Shown: piece after piece, positions 14,201 to 22,706 of the stretch
Position numbering within the stretch: the stretch's first letter is position 1
How the letters are laid out: each line of letters opens with the position of its first letter
Assembly (NCBI GenBank): GCA_000146045.2
Contig: BK006938.2
Coordinates: 96,001 to 160,000, forward strand
DNA from: TPA_inf: Saccharomyces
Taxonomy: Eukaryota
Reading direction: 5' to 3'
Length of the DNA: 64,000 bases
Translations under genes and position numbers: made by a program
Notes under the pieces: generated by a model
The model's input: the letters and a program-made list of their open reading frames with translations, nothing else
Database searches by the model: none
Told to the model about the DNA's origin: nothing

Positions 14201-15029
14201 GTCACCAAGGGCATCCATATCAAATCCATACGCTCCTCCTCAATCATCACAACAATTCCCAATAGGTACTATTTCTACAGCAAACCAAACGTCAAACACC
14301 GCTCAGGTAGCTTCATCGAACCCCTATGCTCCACCACCACAACAAAGAGTAGCAACCCCATTATCTGGAGGCGTGCCTCCAGCTCCGTTGCCAAAGGCCT
14401 CTAATCCATATGCTCCAACTGCAACCACTCAACCCAACGGTTCCTCCTATCCTCCAACCGGTCCGTATACTAATAACCATACCATGACCTCTCCTCCTCC
14501 CGTTTTTAACAAACCTCCCACTGGCCCCCCTCCGATTAGCATGAAGAAGAGAAGCAACAAGTTAGCTAGTATAGAACAAAACCCATCTCAAGGTGCTACT
14601 TATCCTCCAACCCTTTCCAGCTCGGCCTCTCCATTGCAGCCTTCTCAACCGCCAACTTTGGCTTCTCAGGTTAATACCTCCGCTGAGAATGTCAGTCATG
14701 AAATTCCAGCTGATCAACAACCCATTGTCGACTTCTTGAAAGAAGAACTGGCTCGCGTAACACCATTGACCCCAAAGGAGTACTCCAAACAATTAAAGGA
14801 TTGTGATAAACGATTAAAGATTCTTTTCTACCATTTGGAAAAGCAGGATTTATTAACCCAACCAACAATCGATTGTTTACATGACCTCGTCGCATTAATG
14901 AAGGAAAAGAAATACAAAGAAGCTATGGTCATCCATGCTAATATCGCTACAAACCATGCTCAAGAGGGTGGTAACTGGCTGACAGGAGTGAAGAGGTTGA
15001 TTGGCATAGCTGAAGCGACTTTGAATTAA
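11208..15029 (+). CDS. SEC31: COPII vesicle coat outer-layer subunit, YDL195W
   Basis: 1273 aa, ATG at 11208. N-terminal WD40 repeats (WD dipeptides such as LDWSHNN, IWDMNK, IWDLKA, ILIWDLRN, LLWNPE). Long Pro/Ser/Thr-rich low-complexity region from about aa 760-1150, then a conserved C-terminal domain. Confidence 0.95.
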   Translation: MVKLAEFSRTATFAWSHDKIPLLVSGTVSGTVDANFSTDSSLELWSLLAADSEKPIASLQVDSKFNDLDWSHNNKIIAGALDNGSLELYSTNEANNAINSMARFSNHSSSVKTVKFNAKQDNVLASGGNNGEIFIWDMNKCTESPSNYTPLTPGQSMSSVDEVISLAWNQSLAHVFASAGSSNFASIWDLKAKKEVIHLSYTSPNSGIKQQLSVVEWHPKNSTRVATATGSDNDPSILIWDLRNANTPLQTLNQGHQKGILSLDWCHQDEHLLLSSGRDNTVLLWNPESAEQLSQFPARGNWCFKTKFAPEAPDLFACASFDNKIEVQTLQNLTNTLDEQETETKQQESETDFWNNVSREESKEKPTVFHLQAPTWYGEPSPAAHWAFGGKLVQITPDGKGVSITNPKISGLESNTTLSEALKTKDFKPLINQRLVKVIDDVNEEDWNLLEKLSMDGTEEFLKEALAFDNDESDAQDDANNEKEDDGEEFFQQIETNFQPEGDFSLSGNIEQTISKNLVSGNIKSAVKNSLENDLLMEAMVIALDSNNERLKESVKNAYFAKYGSKSSLSRILYSISKREVDDLVENLDVSQWKFISKAIQNLYPNDIAQRNEMLIKLGDRLKENGHRQDSLTLYLAAGSLDKVASIWLSEFPDLEDKLKKDNKTIYEAHSECLTEFIERFTVFSNFINGSSTINNEQLIAKFLEFINLTTSTGNFELATEFLNSLPSDNEEVKTEKARVLIASGKSLPAQNPATATTSKAKYTNAKTNKNVPVLPTPGMPSTTSIPSMQAPFYGMTPGASANALPPKPYVPATTTSAPVHTEGKYAPPSQPSMASPFVNKTNSSTRLNSFAPPPNPYATATVPATNVSTTSIPQNTFAPIQPGMPIMGDYNAQSSSIPSQPPINAVSGQTPHLNRKANDGWNDLPLKVKEKPSRAKAVSVAPPNILSTPTPLNGIPANAASTMPPPPLSRAPSSVSMVSPPPLHKNSRVPSLVATSESPRASISNPYAPPQSSQQFPIGTISTANQTSNTAQVASSNPYAPPPQQRVATPLSGGVPPAPLPKASNPYAPTATTQPNGSSYPPTGPYTNNHTMTSPPPVFNKPPTGPPPISMKKRSNKLASIEQNPSQGATYPPTLSSSASPLQPSQPPTLASQVNTSAENVSHEIPADQQPIVDFLKEELARVTPLTPKEYSKQLKDCDKRLKILFYHLEKQDLLTQPTIDCLHDLVALMKEKKYKEAMVIHANIATNHAQEGGNWLTGVKRLIGIAEATLN

Positions 15030-15579
15030 TTCAGTCTCAAAACTTTCAGTACAAAAAGTGGCGTATTGGCCTTGTTTTTTTCTTATTATGTCTTATAGTA
15101 TTATATTTATATATTTATGTACTTATCCTTTTATGTTTAAACCTAATCAAGATCACAATTAGAACTAGCTTAACATTACTTCTCAAAACCAACCAATACC
15201 TCTTATATCTTTTTTACAGCCTTTCCCTTATGTTTTTACCATGTACACCTCGAGCGGCAAATCTCCGGGGAAATTTTAAACTTGCCGCATCGCACATTCT
15301 AAAGAACAAAAGGAGGAGGAACTGTCAATTATTCTATAATCTGGGGAAATTCAGTCATACTGAGAAAAACTAGACAATAGTCCTATCCTCGGCAAATTGC
15401 ATTGATAGTACTTACACATCGAGAGATCATAGGACAGATAAGAAGCATTTTATTGAAGAAAAACAGAGAGAGTCACTATAAGTTGACCTCACTATAGAAA
15501 TTAAAACAGAAAAGTTTTACTGAGGACCTTTTTAAACAGAAGGATATGCCTTTGTTGGCATAGAAAGAAGAATTTATAA

Positions 15580-18234
15580 ATGGATCCTAATAGTAACAGT
15601 TCTAGCGAAACATTACGCCAAGAGAAACAGGGTTTCCTAGACAAAGCTCTTCAGAGGGTGAAGGGCATAGCACTGCGACGAAACAATAGTAACAAAGATC
15701 ATACAACAGATGATACGACAGGTAGCATACGAACCCCTACGAGCTTGCAGCGGCAAAATTCTGACAGGCAATCTAATATGACATCCGTGTTTACGGATGA
15801 CATTTCTACCATAGACGACAACTCAATTTTATTTTCAGAGCCTCCTCAGAAACAATCTATGATGATGTCTATATGCGTAGGTGTTTTTGTTGCAGTTGGC
15901 GGATTTTTATTTGGTTATGATACAGGTCTGATCAACAGTATTACATCTATGAACTATGTGAAGTCACACGTAGCACCTAATCACGATTCATTTACCGCCC
16001 AACAAATGTCCATTTTGGTGTCATTTTTGTCATTGGGAACTTTTTTTGGGGCTTTAACTGCACCATTTATATCTGATTCGTATGGCAGGAAGCCTACTAT
16101 CATTTTCAGTACAATTTTCATCTTCTCTATCGGAAATTCTTTACAGGTAGGTGCTGGAGGAATCACATTATTGATTGTGGGAAGGGTCATTTCAGGTATC
16201 GGTATAGGCGCAATTTCAGCGGTTGTTCCATTATACCAAGCAGAAGCTACACATAAATCATTAAGAGGTGCTATTATTTCTACTTACCAATGGGCCATTA
16301 CCTGGGGCTTGCTCGTGTCAAGTGCAGTGTCGCAAGGGACACACGCAAGAAACGACGCATCTTCGTATCGGATTCCCATAGGGTTGCAATATGTCTGGTC
16401 GTCATTTCTCGCTATCGGGATGTTCTTTCTCCCTGAGAGTCCACGCTATTACGTTTTGAAAGACAAGCTAGATGAAGCAGCTAAATCTTTATCGTTTTTA
16501 AGAGGTGTACCAGTCCATGATTCTGGGTTACTGGAAGAACTAGTTGAAATAAAGGCAACATATGATTACGAGGCATCTTTTGGTTCTTCGAACTTCATTG
16601 ATTGTTTTATTTCAAGTAAAAGTAGACCAAAGCAAACTCTAAGGATGTTTACGGGAATTGCCCTTCAAGCATTTCAACAATTTTCAGGTATCAACTTTAT
16701 ATTTTACTACGGTGTCAATTTCTTCAATAAGACAGGAGTCAGTAATAGTTATCTGGTTTCATTTATAACCTATGCTGTTAATGTTGTCTTTAATGTTCCT
16801 GGTTTGTTTTTTGTGGAATTTTTTGGTAGACGTAAGGTGCTGGTTGTTGGGGGTGTTATCATGACTATAGCCAACTTTATTGTGGCCATTGTTGGGTGTT
16901 CCTTAAAGACTGTAGCGGCCGCAAAAGTTATGATAGCATTTATATGTCTATTCATAGCTGCCTTTTCTGCTACATGGGGTGGTGTTGTTTGGGTTATTTC
17001 AGCAGAACTGTACCCATTGGGTGTGAGATCTAAATGTACGGCTATATGCGCTGCTGCTAACTGGCTTGTAAACTTTATTTGTGCTTTAATTACCCCTTAT
17101 ATTGTAGATACTGGGTCGCATACATCATCATTAGGTGCAAAAATATTCTTCATTTGGGGCTCCTTAAATGCGATGGGGGTGATAGTTGTTTACTTGACCG
17201 TTTATGAAACGAAGGGTTTGACATTAGAAGAGATTGATGAATTATATATTAAGTCATCCACTGGTGTCGTGTCACCAAAATTTAATAAAGATATTAGGGA
17301 ACGCGCACTTAAATTCCAATACGATCCTTTGCAAAGATTAGAAGACGGAAAGAACACTTTTGTTGCTAAAAGAAATAATTTTGACGATGAAACACCAAGA
17401 AATGATTTTCGAAATACGATATCGGGCGAAATAGATCATAGTCCCAATCAAAAAGAAGTTCATTCTATCCCAGAACGTGTTGATATTCCTACTAGTACAG
17501 AAATTCTTGAAAGCCCGAACAAAAGTAGTGGTATGACAGTCCCTGTGTCACCTTCTCTGCAAGACGTTCCAATCCCGCAAACAACAGAGCCTGCTGAAAT
17601 TCGAACCAAATATGTGGACCTAGGAAATGGGCTTGGTCTTAATACGTATAATAGAGGGCCTCCCTCACTCTCAAGCGACTCAAGCGAAGATTACACAGAA
17701 GATGAAATAGGCGGGCCCTCATCTCAAGGCGACCAAAGTAATAGAAGTACTATGAATGATATTAATGATTATATGGCACGTCTCATTCACAGTACTTCTA
17801 CTGCAAGTAACACGACAGATAAGTTCTCCGGTAACCAAAGTACCCTTCGTTACCACACGGCTTCCTCACATTCGGATACAACTGAAGAGGACAGCAATTT
17901 GATGGACCTGGGAAACGGGCTTGCCTTGAATGCTTATAACAGAGGTCCACCTTCAATTTTAATGAATTCCAGTGATGAAGAGGCAAATGGTGGTGAGACG
18001 TCTGATAATTTGAACACAGCTCAAGACTTGGCTGGTATGAAGGAACGAATGGCGCAGTTTGCGCAGAGCTATATTGACAAGAGAGGCGGTCTGGAACCTG
18101 AAACTCAATCTAATATTTTGAGCACTTCTCTCTCCGTGATGGCTGACACTAATGAACATAATAATGAAATCCTCCACTCAAGCGAAGAAAACGCCACTAA
18201 TCAACCTGTAAATGAAAATAATGATTTGAAATAA
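15580..18234 (+). CDS. SNF3: Low-glucose plasma-membrane sensor of the hexose-transporter family, YDL194W
   Basis: 884 aa, ATG at 15580. Twelve-TM sugar-porter core with motifs [10 protein letters not shown] and PESPR. Long C-terminal cytoplasmic tail carrying two copies of the 17-aa motif DLGNGL(G/A)LN(T/A)YNRGPPS, at nt 17617-17667 and 17905-17955. Confidence 0.95.
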
Positions 18235-18671
18235 TTAATTTAATGTTATTCGATGTATTAATTAAGCGGACGTGCATTATAATTTTAATCATGTGAAAGA
18301 AATAATTGTAACTTGAGATACTACTCAACTTTTATAGATACACAATGTTTATCTTGACACACATTCAATTACATTACTTGATTTAATGCCTTTCCAAAAT
18401 TATGATCTTTTCTTCTATAACACTTTTGGATACTTAGCCGCCGACGGATACCATCTTCGGTCAACGTCGGAAGTCATTATAAACGAAAAGGTTTCCCAAT
18501 AGAAAAGTCCTGCAGGAGCCACGTATAACACTGGCTTGAATTATCAACAACTCTCGAAGGCGCTGGAAGAGAATTTTTACGCAAGTTAGTATTCGCATAA
18601 CATTAGTTGGCAAATTACACAATTTTTTGATACAATATATATACATATATTTTCCCCATTGTTTTTCTTAG

Positions 18672-19799
18672 ATGCCCACGATGATCAAAAAGGATGATAA
18701 AGCAATGGAGCCCCCTAATGAAAAACCGCATAGAAAGATCGAAAGAGATGATGTTCCAGAATCTTCCAATCACATCCCACCTCCAGAATCTGGTGTTTTA
18801 AAGGGCGGTAAAGTTAATTCAAAAACCAGAGCTTTAAAGGCCGTTACAAGTATCATTGCAGACGCCGATGAGAACCCTCAGAAGAAAGTGAACAATGAGA
18901 CGAATGGAGTCCAAAAGCAAAAGACAGAAGATTTGAGTAAAAGAATAGGTAAATTTGAATACCTTTTTTACAAGTTTTTACTTGTGTTGTTATACATCTG
19001 CTTCGGGTTGTTTCGGTACGGTCAATACCAATATAATAAAATGAAACTAAGAATATTCAGTATCATCTACAACCATGCATATACACCACAGTTGATTAGA
19101 CAGGACGTTATTCCTCTGAAAAAAATTCCTAAAAGGTTGGCCGCTATCTTGGAAGTCAAGCCAGTTGGCGACGTTGGCGGCGGTGTGACAGGTTTATTAA
19201 ATGACGCGAGTGAAATTGTTTGCTGGACTGTTTCAGCTGGTATAAAACATTTGATGTTGTACGATTACGATGGAATATTACAAAGAAATGTTCCAGAGCT
19301 GAGAATGGAAATTCATTCCAACCTGGCTAAATATTTTGGGCCAGCTCATGTTCCAAACTACGCTGTTAAAATACCTCATTCTAACAAGATATTCTACAAT
19401 CTAGACGGAATTGAAACCGAGACTGATGTAGGCAATGAGATAGAAGCTAACCAAGAAAAGGACAAAATTGCTATTGAAATTTCTTTATTGTCTAACAGAG
19501 ATGGTAGAGAAACGATTGTCGATCTGACCAAAACTATGGCTGAGTTATGTGCGGTTAACGAATTGAGCGTTTCTGACATCACAATGGATTTAGTTGATTC
19601 AGAACTGAAACAACTAGTTGGACCCGAACCAGATTTACTGTTATACTTCGGGCCTTCGTTGGATTTACAAGGGTTCCCACCTTGGCATATTAGATTAACC
19701 GAATTTTATTGGGAAAAAGATAACAACGAAGTCATATATTCGGTTTTCATCCGCGGCCTAAGACAGTACGCAGGATGTAAAGTGAATGTTGGTAAATGA
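18672..19799 (+). CDS. NUS1: Nogo-B-receptor-like subunit of dehydrodolichyl diphosphate synthase (cis-prenyltransferase partner), YDL193W
   Basis: 375 aa, ATG at 18672. N-terminal TM segment (FLLVLLYICFGLF) and a C-terminal cis-IPTase-like domain. Length and position upstream of ARF1 match. Confidence 0.85.
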   Translation: MPTMIKKDDKAMEPPNEKPHRKIERDDVPESSNHIPPPESGVLKGGKVNSKTRALKAVTSIIADADENPQKKVNNETNGVQKQKTEDLSKRIGKFEYLFYKFLLVLLYICFGLFRYGQYQYNKMKLRIFSIIYNHAYTPQLIRQDVIPLKKIPKRLAAILEVKPVGDVGGGVTGLLNDASEIVCWTVSAGIKHLMLYDYDGILQRNVPELRMEIHSNLAKYFGPAHVPNYAVKIPHSNKIFYNLDGIETETDVGNEIEANQEKDKIAIEISLLSNRDGRETIVDLTKTMAELCAVNELSVSDITMDLVDSELKQLVGPEPDLLLYFGPSLDLQGFPPWHIRLTEFYWEKDNNEVIYSVFIRGLRQYAGCKVNVGK

Positions 19800-20320
19800 T
19801 ACTTAAGAGCTAAACGAAAAGATAAGTATCTCGCTCAACCTTTTAATTTTGCACAGTTGAATTCTCGTCTGATACTTAAGAAAGTCATTGCCCACATATA
19901 TAACAGTAGTAATAATGATAATGATAGCAATAGTTTTAAGCTAGCTACTTAGTTGCATTTTTCAATAGTTTAGTAAAAAAAGTCACGCAATAAGCTCTCA
20001 AGAAGCCACTAATACCGTAATGATAGCAGTTTATTGTAGAAAAACCATGTTATTACCCTTCCCTTTTTATTTCTTTTCGCGTTGCAAATCACATATAACG
20101 AGGTGGCTTGTATTTGTCAAACCAAAAAAAAAAATGAAAATCGAAAAATGGAAAAACAGAGAGAGAAACGGAATCTTTGACACGTTCTCGATCCACTTGT
20201 TTATCGAGGTGGTTTTTATAAGTCTTACTAGATAGAAAGTTCATTTTGTTTTGAAACTTTTTGGAACCTCTGGCATTGAAGGTATAAGAAAGAACTCAAA
20301 CAGGTTTAATAGAATTAAAA

Positions 20321-20866
20321 ATGGGTTTGTTTGCCTCTAAGTTGTTCAGTAACCTTTTTGGTAACAAAGAAATGCGTATTCTTATGGTTGGTCTTGATGG
20401 TGCTGGTAAGACCACCGTTTTGTACAAGTTGAAATTGGGTGAAGTTATCACTACCATTCCAACAATTGGTTTCAACGTTGAAACTGTCCAATATAAGAAC
20501 ATTTCATTCACTGTCTGGGATGTCGGTGGACAAGACAGAATTAGATCTCTATGGAGACACTACTACAGAAACACTGAAGGTGTTATCTTTGTTGTCGATT
20601 CTAACGATAGATCGCGTATTGGTGAAGCTAGAGAAGTTATGCAAAGAATGTTGAACGAAGATGAATTGAGAAACGCCGCTTGGTTGGTGTTCGCTAACAA
20701 GCAAGATTTGCCAGAAGCCATGTCTGCTGCTGAAATCACTGAAAAACTAGGTTTACATTCTATTAGAAACCGTCCATGGTTTATCCAAGCCACGTGTGCT
20801 ACCTCCGGTGAAGGTTTGTATGAAGGTTTGGAATGGTTAAGTAACAGTTTGAAAAACTCAACTTAA
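20321..20866 (+). CDS. ARF1: ADP-ribosylation factor, small GTPase, YDL192W
   Basis: 181 aa. N-myristoylation start MGLFASK. G-box motifs [15 protein letters not shown] and NKQD. The chromosomal context (NUS1 upstream, RPL35A downstream) favours ARF1 over the near-identical ARF2. Confidence 0.9.
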   Translation: MGLFASKLFSNLFGNKEMRILMVGLDGAGKTTVLYKLKLGEVITTIPTIGFNVETVQYKNISFTVWDVGGQDRIRSLWRHYYRNTEGVIFVVDSNDRSRIGEAREVMQRMLNEDELRNAAWLVFANKQDLPEAMSAAEITEKLGLHSIRNRPWFIQATCATSGEGLYEGLEWLSNSLKNST

Positions 20867-21369
20867 AAATTCTAGAATATGGATCAAATACGCTTGTATA
20901 AACTAAATGAAACATAAAGATTAAGAACTTAAGAGGCCAACGTCGATGGATTTATTGACGATCACCAGCCAACACATATAGATTTTAGTGTAAAAGCAAT
21001 AAAAACCAAGATAATAAAATAAAAAAATACTGAAGAAGCCTAACTAGTATAAACTACTTTAACTAATAATGGCAATTTGATATAGAAACAAAGAAACATG
21101 ATATATTTAGGATATTATACAACGCATTTTCATTTGTTTTACAGCACCCCTGCGTGAATCATATATTGACGTTTCGCTCTCAGGTCCACCGTGTTCTCAA
21201 AAGATACTTTTAAAACCTAAAACACACGAAATCATATTATGATAATTCAGAATGATAGTGTGGTACTGTGTCAATTGACTGTTCAAGACTGAAGAGGATC
21301 TTTGATTTGTTGTTACTCAACAAATAATCTTCACGAAAACTTTCTCAATCTGGGGACTGTATTAATCTC

Positions 21370-21398
21370 AGACCCATACATATCTACACCCATAACTT
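21370..21398 (+). promoter_or_regulatory. Two tandem Rap1-like sites in the RPL35A promoter
   Basis: AGACCCATACATA and ACACCCATAACTT, both close to the Rap1 consensus ACACCCRYACAYM. They lie about 270-295 bp upstream of the RPL35A ATG, the usual placement for ribosomal-protein genes. Confidence 0.5.
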
Positions 21399-21663
21399 TT
21401 TACATTTAATTTTTTATCACATAATAGGTAGCTTAAATTGTAAAGTCGCAAAAAAAAATGGCAGCGCAGCCTCTCCGGGTGAACCCCACGACAACTTACC
21501 TGGCACTCCATGCACTAACGGGCGGGTTTGGGCAGGATTCCAGCATCAATTTTGCAAAATTCACACCTGAGTAATTCATATATGTAATATAATGTTAAGC
21601 ATACGCTGTCGATTAGCACTATTATTGACCGTAGAATAGGTACAGTGAGACAGTATATTCGAA

Positions 21664-22517
21664 ATGGTATGTTTGAGATGAACAAAATAATAAAGACTGA
21701 CAACTGCAGAACAGAGAGGATCATAGCAACCTAGTGCAAGAAAGAGCCTCGAAGCGTTAAACTTTTGGAACGTAATTCATCCGTTGGCTATGTCTATTCA
21801 ATACAGTTAGAATACGAAAGCTGTAATCAAGTATATCGGATTATTCGCAAGCAAAGAATCAAGGAAAAGAAAGTGAAAATAGCATACATCTTTAAATTCA
21901 GAGGTTTTGCTGAATTTTAATAGGGAAGTTTACGTTATGATTGTTGGCCGTAGATCGCCTAGCGTTTGACCAAATTTAATTCTCCTAATTTTTTTATTGT
22001 AAAAAAGCCTTCCAACGAAATAAATTAGTTATTGGTTTTTTTTCTCTGTTACGAGGGATATATGATGCCTGTGCTTGTTAGTTCATTATAAGTGCTAATA
22101 AAATACTAACGTTAATAAAAATTTGGAATATTATTTCATTTTTTATCCTATTAATAGGCCGGTGTTAAAGCTTACGAACTAAGAACCAAATCCAAGGAAC
22201 AATTGGCTTCTCAATTGGTTGACTTGAAAAAGGAGTTGGCTGAATTGAAGGTCCAAAAGTTGTCCAGACCATCTTTGCCAAAGATCAAGACCGTCAGAAA
22301 GAGTATCGCCTGTGTCTTGACCGTCATCAACGAACAACAAAGAGAAGCTGTTAGACAATTATACAAGGGTAAGAAGTACCAACCAAAGGACTTGAGAGCC
22401 AAGAAGACCAGAGCTTTGAGAAGAGCTTTGACCAAATTCGAAGCTTCCCAAGTTACCGAAAAGCAAAGAAAGAAGCAAATCGCTTTCCCACAAAGAAAGT
22501 ACGCTATTAAGGCTTAA
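21664..22517 (+). CDS. RPL35A: Ribosomal protein L35A (uL29), spliced gene YDL191W
   Basis: Exon 1 is the ATG alone (21664-21666). It is followed directly by the 5' splice site GTATGT (21667-21672). Branch point TACTAAC lies at 22104-22110. The 3' splice AG is at 22156-22157. Exon 2 (22158-22517) begins GCC GGT GTT AAA GCT, giving MAGVKAYELRTKSKEQLASQLVDLKKE..., 120 aa when spliced. The track ORF 22203-22517 'starts' at TTG inside exon 2. Confidence 0.9.
21667..22157 (+). other. RPL35A: RPL35A spliceosomal intron (about 491 nt)
   Basis: Canonical yeast GTATGT ... TACTAAC ... AG signals, with the branch point 46 nt upstream of the 3' splice site. Confidence 0.85.
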
Positions 22518-22706
22518 TTGGAAGTTCAATTATATACTATCATTATCTATAGTTCCAACTTTTCTACGTTTTTCTAGCACCTTTTAAATAATTGTTAAAT
22601 TAAAACATTTTCATCGAAAATCTTCAAAATATAAGACACATTGAGCGATGAAATAAGCCTTATTTGATTAGGGTCAATTTTGCAATTTATTCTATCACTT
22701 ATTCAT

